DNA of 64,000 nt from an uncultured delta proteobacterium (GCA_963806225.1 CAWDXG010000004.1:4256001-4320000); one strand, 5' to 3'. Positions 31,690 through 42,168 are shown, numbered from the stretch's first letter. Numbers and translations are program-made. Notes: a model not told the origin generated them from the letters alone.

Positions 31690-33939
31690 GTGTCTGCCGC
31701 GTCCGCCGCGTCTGCCGCGTTCGCCGCGTCTGCCGCGTCCGCCGCCCGGGTCCTTCGCCCGGACGAATCGCCGGACGGTTCGACCTACGACCTGCGCAAG
31801 GCGCGCTGCGCGGCGATCTGGAATTCGGAGCGGCAGGTGTTCGAGGGGACCTTCCAGAGCGCTGCCAGCGTGAGCACCGTCCCACCGCCCGGCGCGGTGC
31901 CGCCGGTGCTCTCCGACTGGGAAACTGCCGTGCTCACTCTTTCGACCGACTACGGCGTCACCCTACAATTACCCCTGGATCTCCCCGTCGCCGATCCCCC
32001 GCCGAACTGCGCACAGCCTCCGGTCTTCCACTTCCAGTCCAGCGAACCCCCGATCTTCTTCCTCCTCATGGATCTCAGCCGGAGCGCGCTCGCACCGTTG
32101 CCGCACCCCGATCCTGCGGACCGTGCCGACTACGAAAAGGCCGCCGCACGGCTCGCCGTGGACCTCGCTGACGTCCGGCAGGCGCGGCTCGGGGTGGTCA
32201 CGCTGCGCGGCCAGCTATCGTCAGTGGATCCCGTGCCGCACGCGGAGATTTCACTGGTCGGCGATGCGACGCTGCGGACCGGGGCGGAAGTGCAGGCACT
32301 GAAGACCGATCTAACAGCCGTCGAACCGCAAGGCCGGAGCGCCGTCGGCGATGCGCTGACCGCTACCGCGGATCTTCTTGAAACCGAAGAGGGCAGCACC
32401 CGGACGATCCTGCTCCTGTCCGACGGAGAGCAGAGCCGCGACATGGGCGCGAGCCCCGGCGACGTCGCTCCACCGCTCCACGACCTCGAGTCACCCATTC
32501 GCGTTGCTCCCGTGGTTGCCGGATCCATGGCCGACCACGTCCTGATGGCCGGCGTCGCGGGCTCGACCTACGCGCCCATCGCGCCGGCGCCGCAAGGCGA
32601 CGAGGTCGTCACAGAGACCGCGCAGACGCTCTCGGAAGTCCTGGGAGACACGTCCGTTATCCCGTCGCAGCCGGGCTCCACCGGCGGCGGACTGGCGCCG
32701 ATTGCCCTCGGTTACCCCATCAATGTGGACCAGGGCGCGCGGCGGCTGACGGTCGTGGTGTCCCGCGGTATGGGCGCGAGCGACAACTGGAACGTGGACG
32801 TTGAAGTGGCGCCTCGCGGCGGCACTTTGCCGCCCGACGCCGTCGTGCTTCGCGATCCCTTGTACACGCTGGTCGACATCCCGAACCCCCAACCTGGCGC
32901 CTGGACCGTGTCCGTCGATTCGTCGGCGGGGAGCGTGCCGTTCAATATCGAAGCGACGCTGTCGGGTGCATCCACCTGCCTCGCCGGCGCCACGCACGAC
33001 CGCCGGGGGATCCACGTTTCGATCGCCGCCCGCCAGTCAACGGACATCGAGGGCGTCCTGTTCAACGGCTCGCTGGTCGAGCCCGACGGGACCGTGCGGC
33101 CACTTGCCTTCTCGGCTTCAGCGGACGCGATGGTCCAGGCCACGGTACCAGACGACAATCTCGCGGGCCGGGGCTTCTACGACATCTGGACCAGCTGCGA
33201 TGCGACGGAGGACTCGTTCCTGGACCCCGGCGAGGACAATCCACCGCGCTCCGGACCTGCGCCACGGATTGCGCCGGTGCCCTTCCAGCGGGAGATCCGG
33301 ACCACGGTCTTCATCGATTTGCCGGACCAGCCTCGATTGCCGCCCGGCGGAGACTGCGACCACGACGGCATCCCCGATTCGGTCGAGGGCACGGTGGATA
33401 CCGACGGCGACGGAGTTCCGGATTGCTGCGACGAGGACGCGGACGGTGACGATTTGCCCGACGCCGTCGAAGGCACCGTGGACACGGATGCAGACGGCAT
33501 TCCGGACTACCTCGACACCGATTCCGACAACGACGGGATCCCCGACGGCGTGGACGCCCACCCGCTCGAGCCCGCGGCGATCGTCTGCGCCGCGCTCGGC
33601 GACGCTACTCCAGCCGCCAGGCTCGATCGGGATACTTTCACCTTTCATGTGCACTCGGGCGACGTGCTGCACGTGGCGCTCGAGGCTGCCGCGGGTTCGA
33701 ATGCCACAGGGCGCGCGACACTGGAGGTCCGGGGGCCCGCGACACCGCGTGTGGCGCGAAGCACAGCGACGCTGCCAACTTCTGTTACGTCCGCGGCCAC
33801 CAAGGACGGACAATTCACAGTCACCGTCGGCGAGCAGCCACGCAAGAAGCCGGGCACGGCGTTTCACGGGCCCTATTGCATCGCAGTGGAGCGCCTGGGA
33901 ACGCCCGTGACGATCACGGCGACGCCCTCTGTGGAGTGA
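31690..33939 (+). CDS. Chimeric ORF: transposase N-terminal SAA repeats fused to a VWA plus Ca-binding (DxDxDG) repeat protein
   Basis: [11 protein letters not shown]… then LLMDLSRS…ILLLSDGE (VWA), DTDGDGVPD repeats. Confidence 0.7.
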   Translation: MSAASAASAAFAASAASAARVLRPDESPDGSTYDLRKARCAAIWNSERQVFEGTFQSAASVSTVPPPGAVPPVLSDWETAVLTLSTDYGVTLQLPLDLPVADPPPNCAQPPVFHFQSSEPPIFFLLMDLSRSALAPLPHPDPADRADYEKAAARLAVDLADVRQARLGVVTLRGQLSSVDPVPHAEISLVGDATLRTGAEVQALKTDLTAVEPQGRSAVGDALTATADLLETEEGSTRTILLLSDGEQSRDMGASPGDVAPPLHDLESPIRVAPVVAGSMADHVLMAGVAGSTYAPIAPAPQGDEVVTETAQTLSEVLGDTSVIPSQPGSTGGGLAPIALGYPINVDQGARRLTVVVSRGMGASDNWNVDVEVAPRGGTLPPDAVVLRDPLYTLVDIPNPQPGAWTVSVDSSAGSVPFNIEATLSGASTCLAGATHDRRGIHVSIAARQSTDIEGVLFNGSLVEPDGTVRPLAFSASADAMVQATVPDDNLAGRGFYDIWTSCDATEDSFLDPGEDNPPRSGPAPRIAPVPFQREIRTTVFIDLPDQPRLPPGGDCDHDGIPDSVEGTVDTDGDGVPDCCDEDADGDDLPDAVEGTVDTDADGIPDYLDTDSDNDGIPDGVDAHPLEPAAIVCAALGDATPAARLDRDTFTFHVHSGDVLHVALEAAAGSNATGRATLEVRGPATPRVARSTATLPTSVTSAATKDGQFTVTVGEQPRKKPGTAFHGPYCIAVERLGTPVTITATPSVE

Positions 33940-34529
33940 TGCGCGTGCGTCACCCAGCAACCCTCGCCATTGCGCTCAGCGCGTTGACAGCGTGCGGTGG
34001 GGTCACGCAGGCGCAGCGCTTGTCCGACGCAGGGGCGGACGTTGGAGGGAGCGCGTCCTGGGACGCGGGCCCTGATGTTCCCGCCGAGACGAGCGCAGCC
34101 GACGCCGAAGCCGGCTCGGCCGACGCTGCTATGCCATGCACGCACGAGTCGGACTGCCCGACGGGCGTGCCCGCCAAGTGCGGCGCGACGTGCCAGGAGG
34201 GCAAGTGCGTGTTTCCTCCGGCGGGCGTGATATGCAGCTGTCCGCTGGGAACCGGCGAGGATGCGGGAGCGAGAGGCGGGGCTTGCGACGGGCAGGGGGG
34301 CTGTGTGGTCTGTCAATGGGGAGCGTTGTTCCAAGGCACCTGCACCGACGACAGCACCTGCTGCGTGTGGTACGATCCGAACAGCACCAACTATAACGCA
34401 ACGCACCCCTACGACTACGGCATGTGCGGGGCCAATCACCAGTGCAAGATGTGCATGGACCCGGGCCATTACTGCGACCAGGAGCACCAGTGTTGCACCG
34501 GCAAGTGCACTTCGAATGGCTGTACCTGA
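33939..34529 (+). CDS. Cys-rich lipoprotein
   Basis: LTAC lipobox, overlapping TGATG with the upstream ORF. Confidence 0.7.
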   Translation: MRVRHPATLAIALSALTACGGVTQAQRLSDAGADVGGSASWDAGPDVPAETSAADAEAGSADAAMPCTHESDCPTGVPAKCGATCQEGKCVFPPAGVICSCPLGTGEDAGARGGACDGQGGCVVCQWGALFQGTCTDDSTCCVWYDPNSTNYNATHPYDYGMCGANHQCKMCMDPGHYCDQEHQCCTGKCTSNGCT

Positions 34530-34706
34530 AGATTCCGCGTGCGGTCCTCGCCTGCGGGACCCGTCGCGCGCGCGCAGCCCGGCGTGCGCTGTCTTGACGC
34601 GACGCGACGGCCGGGCGAGCACGTGCAGGAGGGACCCCGCCCGCCCGCAGCGCCAGCGAGGACGGACGGGCGGCACACTGTCGCGCTACACGGGGGAGCA
34701 ACCCTT

Positions 34707-34970
34707 GCGGCGCTGCACCGGCTTCAGGCCGTCGCGCACGTCCGGCAGCGCGCGGCTCGTGATGACGCTGAGCGCGTAGTTCAAGTAGCGGCTCTGCGCG
34801 ATCTCGTGCAGCGGCAGATCGAGCTCGCGACCGTCGCCCGCGCCCCCGCCGCCCTTGCCCCCGCGCGGCGGCTGCTTCGATCCGCCGCGCCCGCCCGCAC
34901 CGCCGCGCTTCGACGGCTTCGGGCTGCCTCGCTTCGAGGGCTTCGAGCTCGTCTTCTGTCGTGTGGCCAA
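34707..34970 (-). pseudogene. 5' fragment of a type IIA topoisomerase subunit A (parC/gyrA-like)
   Basis: [28 protein letters not shown], then abrupt loss of homology. Confidence 0.9.
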
Positions 34971-35294
34971 TGCTCCTCCGCGCCGGGGCGTCCACCTCGG
35001 CCCCGGGGCGGCTCCGGCGGGCGGGCATGGGCGCCCGAAACGCCTATTCCGCTAGCGCTTCTTGCATCCGGAAGTCAACAAATGATCAGTGTTTCCGGAC
35101 GGGGACCTGGAAGGCACCCGGTCGAACCGGAGCGCCCGCGCCCGCGTCTGGAGTCCGGAAGCCTCGCGCTCGAGATTGGCGTACGGAAGAGTCCCGCGGT
35201 TCCGCGCTGGAGCGAGGGAGAACCCAGCAACCGACGCGCGCAGGCAACCGATAGGCGGCGGTCAGGTGGTTCAGCGACTGGCCAGGAGTAGACT

Positions 35295-35897
35295 TTGACC
35301 TCGATGACGCTGGCAGAGGACATGCCGCTCCCGAGAGAGGCGCGCGACGAGCGCGTCGTCCTCTACAACGTGCCATGGGAGCGGTACGTCGCGCTGCAGG
35401 CCGCACTCGAGGATGTCACCCACGCCCGGATCAACTATCTGGAAGGGACCCTCGAGATCATGAGCCCGTCGGACAGGCACGAGGCAGAAAAGAAGAACCT
35501 TGCGCGCCTGCTGGAGGCCTACGCCGACTTGACGGGCATGCCACTCGAAGGGCGCGGGTCGAGGACGTTCCGGTCGAAGGCGGTCGAGCGCGGGGCGGAG
35601 CCGGACGAATGCTACTTCGTCGGCAGGGTCGGCAAGATCCCCGACCTCGTCATCGAGGTGATCGTTGCCTCGGGCGGCATCGACAAGCTGGAGCTGTATC
35701 GCGGCCTGCGGGTGCCGGAGGTGTGGCTCTACAAGCGCGGCAAGCTCGGCGTCTATCTGCTCGGCAAGAACGGCTACTCGCTCTCGCCGGCGAGCAGCGT
35801 CTTCCCCAACCTCGACTTGAAGATGCTGGTCCGGCTGGTCCAGCTGGACAGCCAGACAGAGGCCGTGAAGGCGCTCAAGCTTGCCGTTTCGGCCTGA
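35295..35897 (+). CDS. Uma2/DUF820 family endonuclease
   Basis: YLEGTLEIMSPS…EPDECY…PDLVIEV…VPEVW. Confidence 0.85.
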   Translation: MTSMTLAEDMPLPREARDERVVLYNVPWERYVALQAALEDVTHARINYLEGTLEIMSPSDRHEAEKKNLARLLEAYADLTGMPLEGRGSRTFRSKAVERGAEPDECYFVGRVGKIPDLVIEVIVASGGIDKLELYRGLRVPEVWLYKRGKLGVYLLGKNGYSLSPASSVFPNLDLKMLVRLVQLDSQTEAVKALKLAVSA

Positions 35898-35945
35898 CGC
35901 GCTCCCTGCACCAGGCGAAGGCGCGGGCGCCGCTCGGAGGTCTCT

Positions 35946-36704
35946 CTAGCGGGCCTTGCGCGCGGTCTTCTTCTTCGCCGGCTTCGCCTTGGCCGCGCGC
36001 TTCTTCGCCGCCGGCTTGCCGTTTCCGTTGCGATTGCGCGGTGGCTTGCGCCCGACGTTCTCGGCCTTGAAGGCGCTCGGGCACGGATCGCTGACGGGGC
36101 AGGCGGCGCAGGCGGGGGCGCGGGCGGTGCAGATGCGGCGGCCGTGGAAGATCAGCGTGTGCGACAGGATGTCCCACTGCTCGCGCGGGAACAGCTTCAT
36201 CAAGTCGCGCTCGATGTCCTCGGGCTTGTCGTGCTTGGTCCAGCCCAGGCGCTGGGTGATGCGCTGCACGTGCGTGTCCACCACCACGCCCTCCGGCGCG
36301 CCGAACGCCACGCCCAGCACCACGTTGGCCGTCTCGCGCCCCACGCCCGGCAGCTTCACCAGCTCGTCGAGCTTCTGCGGCACCTTGCCGCCGTGATTGT
36401 CGACCAGCCCTTTCGACAGCCCGATGATGTTCTTGGCCTTCTGGCGGAACATGCCGATGCTGGCCAGAGCCTTTTCCACCTGCGCGGGCGGCGCCTTCGC
36501 GAGGGACTGGGCATCGGGCCAGCGCTTGAACAGATCCGGCGTGATGCGGTTCACCGCCACGTCGGTGCTCTGCGCGCTCAGCACCGTGGCCACGATCAGC
36601 TCGAAGGGGCTCCGGTGATCGAGCTCGCAGTGCGCGTCGGGGTGCGCCTTCCGGAGGGCCTGGAAGGTAGCCGGCGCCGCGGCGACGGCGCGCGATCTAG
36701 CCAT
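35946..36704 (-). CDS. nth: Endonuclease III (catalytic Lys position is Glu)
   Basis: LSAQSTD, LPGVGRETANVV, VDTHV, Cx6Cx2Cx5C. Confidence 0.9.
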   Translation of the reverse strand: MARSRAVAAAPATFQALRKAHPDAHCELDHRSPFELIVATVLSAQSTDVAVNRITPDLFKRWPDAQSLAKAPPAQVEKALASIGMFRQKAKNIIGLSKGLVDNHGGKVPQKLDELVKLPGVGRETANVVLGVAFGAPEGVVVDTHVQRITQRLGWTKHDKPEDIERDLMKLFPREQWDILSHTLIFHGRRICTARAPACAACPVSDPCPSAFKAENVGRKPPRNRNGNGKPAAKKRAAKAKPAKKKTARKAR

Positions 36705-37523
36705 CTTCGCCGTTGCTGCCGTCGTCGTCGCTGTCGCCCTCCGGCGCTTCGGGCTCCGCGTCGTCATCGGCGGGCGGCGCCAGGCTGCTGCCTTCTTCGT
36801 CGTCGTCGAGCTCGTCCGTGCGGCTCTCGCCCACCGCTTCAAAGCCGACCACCCGCTCGTCCTCGCCGACGTTCATCACGCGGACGCCCTGCGCGTTGCG
36901 CCCCGTCTCGCGGATTTCCTCGATCTGCGTGCGGATGGTCTGGCCGCGGGCGGCGATCAGCATCACCTCGTCCTCGGGCTTGACCAGCGAGATGCCGACG
37001 ACAGGTCCGTTCCGCTCGCTCGCGTCGATCAGGATGATGCCCTTGCCGCCGCGGTTCTGCTGGCGGAACTCCTCCAGCTTGGTGCGCTTGCCGTAGCCGC
37101 GCTCGCAGATCGCTAGCACCTGGTCGCGCTCCGGCTCGGTGGTGGCCAGGCCCACGACCATGTCGTCGTCGTCGAGCTCGATGGCCTTCACGCCGCCGGT
37201 GTTGCGCCCCATGGCGCGCACCTGGCTCTCGTCGAAGCGGATGCTCTTGCCCTTCTTGGTGGCGATCAGGAACTCGCGCGTGCCGTCGGTCACCGTCGCG
37301 GTGAGCAGCTGGTCGTCGTCGGCGACCTTCACGCCGATGATGCCGGTCTGCCGGTAGTTCTGGTAGTCGAGGATGCTCGTCTTCTTGATCTGTCCGCGGC
37401 GCGTGAGCGTCGTCACGTAGACGTCTTCCACGAAGCCGGGCACCGGCGTGATGGCCTGGATCCGCTCGTCCTCCTCCATGCCGATGAAGTTGACAATGGC
37501 CCGTCCCTTGGCCGAGCGCGCCG
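36697..37523 (-). pseudogene. gyrA: 3' fragment of DNA gyrase subunit A (beta-pinwheel plus acidic tail)
   Basis: KGRAIVN…VRAMGRNTGGVKAI…GYGKRT…QNRGGKG…GRNAQGV; 5' part replaced by an IS21 fragment. Confidence 0.9.
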
Positions 37524-38169
37524 CTCACGTCGGCGTCGAGTACGTCGAGTACGTGCTCCGCCACAAGCGTCGCCTCGACCCGGGCTACACCCCGCTCGAG
37601 CTCGGCAATCCCGCGCTCGACGGCATCACGCTGCGCGAGCCCGATCTCGGCATCTACGCACCAAGCGCGTCGTCTTCGTCCCCGCTCCCCGCATGCTCAA
37701 CGAGCTGCACGGTGCGGAGTTGCACGGGCGGCTCGACCGCGTGCTGCGCAAGTACGTCAAGGCCGACCTGCTCGTCATCGACGACTTCGCCTGCCTGGAG
37801 ATGGACGGTGCGCAGGCGAAGCTCGCGTTCCAGGTCATCAGCGAGCGTTACGACTACCGACGCGCGACAGCGATCACCACCAACCGGCCTTTCAAGGAGT
37901 GGCCCAAGGTGTTCCCCGACGCGCTCAACGCACAGGTCATCGCCGAGCGACTGACCGAGCGCTGCGAGCACTTCGTGCTCAACGGAAAGGGCTACCGCAT
38001 CCAGAAGCGCTGAAGCCGCATCCGTCCTCGACTCCGGCGAGATCACCCAGCCCGGACTTGTAGCTGCCGGACCGGCGGCGCCGCACCCGTGCGATCACGT
38101 CCACCGGGGTGGGTCCCCGGGGCCCGGTGATACCGGTGGAAGTGGGACCGAACCAGACCGGTGGCTACA
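37524..38169 (+). mobile_element. istB: IS21-family remnant: istA-like C-terminus, internally deleted istB, right end …CCGGTGGCTACA
   Basis: DLLVIDDF…ISERY…ITTNRPFKEW…ERL…GKGYR; terminal CA adjoins ISCR sequence. Confidence 0.85.
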
Positions 38170-38471
38170 CCCATGGTGTCAGTTGCTACGCCGCAGCTTC
38201 AAAATCGACGTTGAGCACTGCGAGCACTGCGGCGGCAGGATGAAGCTCCGCGCGCTGGTCGTCACCGCTGCCGGCATCCGCCGCTACCTCCGCTGGCTCG
38301 GCGAGCCCACCGAGCCGCCCGTGCTCGCTCCCGCTCGCGACCCGCCCTTCTTCCTCAGCCGCGTCATCCGCCGCCGGCTCGGCGAGCCCGTGCAGGCGGA
38401 GCTGTTCGACGCGCCCTGAACGCGCGCTCGCAAGGGCGGGGATCCGACCGGAGGCGGGGTGGTCGTGCGCG
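38170..38471 (+). mobile_element. ISCR-like copy 5, short 3' fragment, ori end clipped
   Basis: LLRRSFKIDVEHCEHCGG…QAELFDAP. Confidence 0.9.
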
Positions 38472-38472
38472 T

Positions 38473-38517
38473 GGGCCGCTCGTTATCGGCGCGGTGAATC
38501 CCTGCCCGTGCGGCTAC
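38473..38517 (+). pseudogene. Tiny comM/YifB-like fragment
   Basis: PLVIGAVNPCPCGY resembles the ComM AMNPCPCGY signature. Confidence 0.5.
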
Positions 38518-38597
38518 AGATCGTGGGGACACGCGTCGGTGGTCGGGCGGGCGGCGGAAACGCTGGAAAGAAAACGGGCGGCCCCTGAATTTCCTCG

Positions 38598-40779
38598 TCA
38601 TAGCCGACACAGCCCCGGCGGAGTCGCCAGCGCGCCATCTGCGAGCGCCCTCACCCGATCCACGTGCGGCGCGCCGTGATCTCGCGTGACGAACGTGTAC
38701 CCGCCCGGATCGACCAACGGCGAGCCTACCAAGGTGCCAGCGCGAAGTACGCATTCGGCAACGGTCGGCGTCGCGTTGCTCTCCCACGGCCGGGCCGAAT
38801 AGCGGACGACGACGTAGCGCGGCGTGTGGCTCGACGCGCGCGTGAAAAGCACGTTTCCATCGTGGTCGATGTCGAGGTAGTACGCGTCGTAGCCATCGCG
38901 CCGCCACTTTGCGACAGGCATCGCGACACCCAGGTGCGGGTCGATTCGCACAAGCCGCATCAAGTCGTCCCCATGACCCGCGGCGTGCGGCTCGTCGTCG
39001 AGCACCCAGAGCAGGTGAAGATAGCTGTTGGCGAGCCCCTTTCCGTCCGCCGCGCCCAGGCTCGTGATCCGGTAGTCCGCACGCTTGCCGTCCACAACCT
39101 GGGCTGGATAGGTGCCGACTGGAGTCTCCGTATGGATCCAGATTCGACCCTCTAGGCCCGTGCTGCAGCAACCGTTGCTGCAAGCTGACGCCGGATTGAT
39201 CTGTCCGCTCTGCTCCCAGCGCTTCGCGTCCGCTTTATAGTCCCAGTGGACGGTGATCTTGCGCCCGTCGTAGTCAAGCACGGCCCAAGACCCATGCCCC
39301 CATCCAGTAGTGACCGGGAGCCAGGGATTTTGCGCGTCGGGATGGTCGGATGGTGCCGTGTCCAGGAGCGCGTCATTGACCAGCGCGGGGTTGGAGCAAT
39401 AAAGACCAATGCTGGGGTCATCCTGACAGAAGCGGATGTCTGTCTTTACGCCGTCCACAGTGATCGCCGACACGGAAGGCGTGATGTCGAGCCCCGCTTC
39501 GAGTACCCGAGAGCCAGCTCCGCGATGGCGTTGCAGTTCGATTGATCCTGCTGCCACGCGATCGGGCAGTTGTCGTCGGCGTCGTCGACCTGATCCTGAT
39601 CCCAGTCGTTGTTGGAGGCGTTGAGGAACGTTCCGGTCTGGGTGTCGCCGTACACGGGATTCTTCGGGCCAACGTCTGTCTCGTAGGCGTCCCAGCTGGC
39701 GGCATAGAGCGACTCGCTCGGATCGCAAGCAGTCGCGCCGAGGCCGGTAGCGCCTGAGTTATAGTCACCGGCCACGAGCGGCTGCCCGTCTGGGAGGCCG
39801 GGAATGCTCGATGCGCCGGAGGTCTCGGGAACGCCGCTGGCGTTCAAGATGATGGGCCCCCCTGAATCGCCGGTGTTCGGGCAACCGTCGCCGCTGTGGA
39901 GCGGCTCGACGTTCATGATTGACTTGTCGACGCTCCAGGGCGTCAGCTTTTCGGGTCGCAGGTGGTGCGACCATTGGGAAGCCCGGCAGAAAACCTTGTG
40001 AAGGTAGCGTAGGCGATCTCCCGTGCGGCGGGAGGGGCGGGTTTCTTTTCGGAAGTACCACCGACCAGCACGCGCGTGTGGTCCGGTCTCATCGCGGAGA
40101 ACGGATCAAAATCGTAGCGATTGTTGTACGGCTCGTCCTGGCCAAAGCCCGCGATGTACTTGGCAGGCGCGATGGCATCAACGCCCGCCAACCGAGAGTC
40201 GTCGAGGGGTACCGCCAGATGCATCAACGCGACGTTGAACGGCGTGAACAGACCGTAGTAGTCCTCTGGGCCACCGCAACTTCCGAAACACTGGTCGAGG
40301 TTGACCTGGTAGCCACGCGGATGGATGCGGATCGCGTCCACTGGAATGGCGAGCGAGTGGTGATCGTCGTCTTGAAGAGTACGACCGAACTGTGCGAACT
40401 CGACGCGGATTGCGGACGGCAGGTAGCCGATGACACTGCGAAAGTCCGCCGTGTGTGGCGGATCGAGGTGGAACTCGTACGTCGCGGGCTGGCGGTACCT
40501 GAACGTTCCGCATCCCTGTGCGTAGTTTTCAAGGCAGTGCGCCGCGGTCAGCACGACGCTAGGCGAGATCAAGGTCCCGGAGCAGATGCCCGTGGGGGTA
40601 TCGACCCGCGCGATCCAGCGAAAACTCCCATCGGTATCTACCTGGCCCTGCGTGATCGCGCTCGACGTGGCACGCCTATCGGGATCCGGACGGCCCGCGC
40701 TGGAGCAGGCGCTGGCTGCGACCAGGCACAGCAGCAGGACCAGAAGGAGGTGGAGCCGGCTGCGGGTGGATCGTGTCAT
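38598..40779 (-). pseudogene. Secreted trypsin-like serine protease with TSP3-like repeat, at least two frameshifts
   Basis: CSGTLI…LTAAHC (39943..40779), GDSGGP and DWDQDQVDDADDNCP (39446..39916), tail in a further frame. Confidence 0.75.
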
Positions 40780-40802
40780 GCTCTGGCTCCTCTTCTGCTA
40801 GC

Positions 40803-41837
40803 TCAGGGGGCCCGCGCGCAACGGGCCCCAATCGGTGTCGTGTTGGCCTTCAACGTGCGCGGGGCCGACTCGACCGCATTGGCGGAGTCCATGGCACTGC
40901 CCCCGTGGTAGGTATTCGCAGCCCCCTCGCCCCAGTTCGTGCAGTCGTCGCACGGCATCTGGTACTCGCCCTCCGCCGTCACATCGAGTACCAGCTCCGC
41001 GGCATTTCCCGCCAGATCCGCCTGCCGCCAGCGGCCATCGCCGAGCGGCGAGCGCGAGCCTACGGGCGCTAGCGCCACGCCGCCGTAGACGGCGTGCTGG
41101 GCGTCCACGAGCTTCGAAGTCGGTGGGACAGACCACGGGTACACGCGCTGCTCGCTGCCGCCCGAAGCCGCGAAGCCCCACTCCCCCTCCGTGGGAAGGA
41201 AGCCGCCGTCCCACGCGCAGAACGCAATGATCTCGGCATAGTAGAAGGCACAGAGCGTGGGCATGGTGTCCTGCAGGCCCCCGTCCGGCAGCGTCCCGGC
41301 GTCCCACATTGCGATTGTGCTTTCGCAGCCGGCTCCCTGGGACGTGTCTTCCCACAGTTCGGAGTCGAGGTTCCTGTCCCACTCCGTACACGCCGTATTC
41401 GGATTCTTCCCCGCTCCCTCCGGGGGCGGGTTCTGCTGCGTGGACCAGCCGTGCTCCAGGAACGCGCGGAAGCGCCCGACCGTGATCTCGTACGTGTCGA
41501 GCCGGAACGGCTTGACCGTCGCTGGATACGCCTTGCTGAGGTGGTCGACGCCGTCGTAGTCGCGGAAGAACGTGCCCCCGGGAACGAGCTTGCTGGCGCA
41601 GCAGTCCTGGTCGTGATTGGGCCCGCACGAGTGCCACGACGGATTCCACGCCGGGTTGCAGCTCGCGGGCACTGGGTCGGCACCGGGAACGCTCTTGTTC
41701 GAGCCGATGACGCATTTCGCGCCGCTGCCCGCGTCTGGGGGCGTGGAGGAGGTGGAACTGCCGCACGCCGCCACCAGCACGCCCATCAAAACCGGAGTTG
41801 GTAACGCACGAATTAAGGCGAGGAAATCCAACCCCAT
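40803..41837 (-). CDS. FGE-sulfatase domain lipoprotein
   Basis: LDTYEITVGRF, FCAWDGGFLPTEGEW, YPWS, DLAGNAAE, GARCAR. Confidence 0.85.
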   Translation of the reverse strand: MGLDFLALIRALPTPVLMGVLVAACGSSTSSTPPDAGSGAKCVIGSNKSVPGADPVPASCNPAWNPSWHSCGPNHDQDCCASKLVPGGTFFRDYDGVDHLSKAYPATVKPFRLDTYEITVGRFRAFLEHGWSTQQNPPPEGAGKNPNTACTEWDRNLDSELWEDTSQGAGCESTIAMWDAGTLPDGGLQDTMPTLCAFYYAEIIAFCAWDGGFLPTEGEWGFAASGGSEQRVYPWSVPPTSKLVDAQHAVYGGVALAPVGSRSPLGDGRWRQADLAGNAAELVLDVTAEGEYQMPCDDCTNWGEGAANTYHGGSAMDSANAVESAPRTLKANTTPIGARCARAP

Positions 41838-41903
41838 TCCCGAAGTGTACGCCGACGGTCGATGGCCGGACAGTGGAGTGGCACGGAACAGCCTGGAGAG
41901 GCT

Positions 41904-41963
41904 CGCCGCAGCGCGTAACCACCGGGAATCAGACTACATAATATCCAGACTGCGAAGTCGTCC
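41904..41963 (-). other. Degenerate dif-like element B (core 41931..41958)
   Basis: ggacg-ACTTCGCAGTC-tggata-TTATGTAGTCT-gattcccg…gcgctgc. Confidence 0.5.
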
Positions 41964-42168
41964 CCGGGCCTATGCTGAGGAGCTCGTCGAAAGTCGTCAT
42001 GCGCCACCCCTAGCCCCGACGTCCGCGGCTGGGAACGGAAATGTGCGCAGGGCCGTCGGCGCGCTTTCGCTGGCGCGATTGCCAATTGCGCGGCGGCTCG
42101 CAGTTCGTTGACTGCGGTCAGCCGCGCAGCCGTTGACCCTCTCTCGATACCCTGTAGCATGACGGATC

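Larger units (their letters stand above)
28053..31745. repeat. 3.7-kb direct repeat, copy B
   Basis: Matches 13024..16707. Confidence 0.95.

Noticed and set aside
34530..34706. Possible ter/upstream region of a related ISCR element
   Set aside because: Only patchy resemblance to 16500-16560 in very GC-rich DNA
35063..35102. Another dif-like site (ccgtccggaaa-N8-atttgttgact on the minus strand)
   Set aside because: Lacks TTATG and CATAA cores and has an 8-bp spacer; too degenerate
34707..37523. gyrA and parC-like fragments as halves of one split or permuted gene
   Set aside because: The catalytic core is absent and the order is wrong; they are ends of two separate genes
38059..38169. MITE bounded by TGTAGCTGCCGG…CCGGTGGCTACA
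   Set aside because: Single copy, no clear target duplication; more simply part of the IS21 right end
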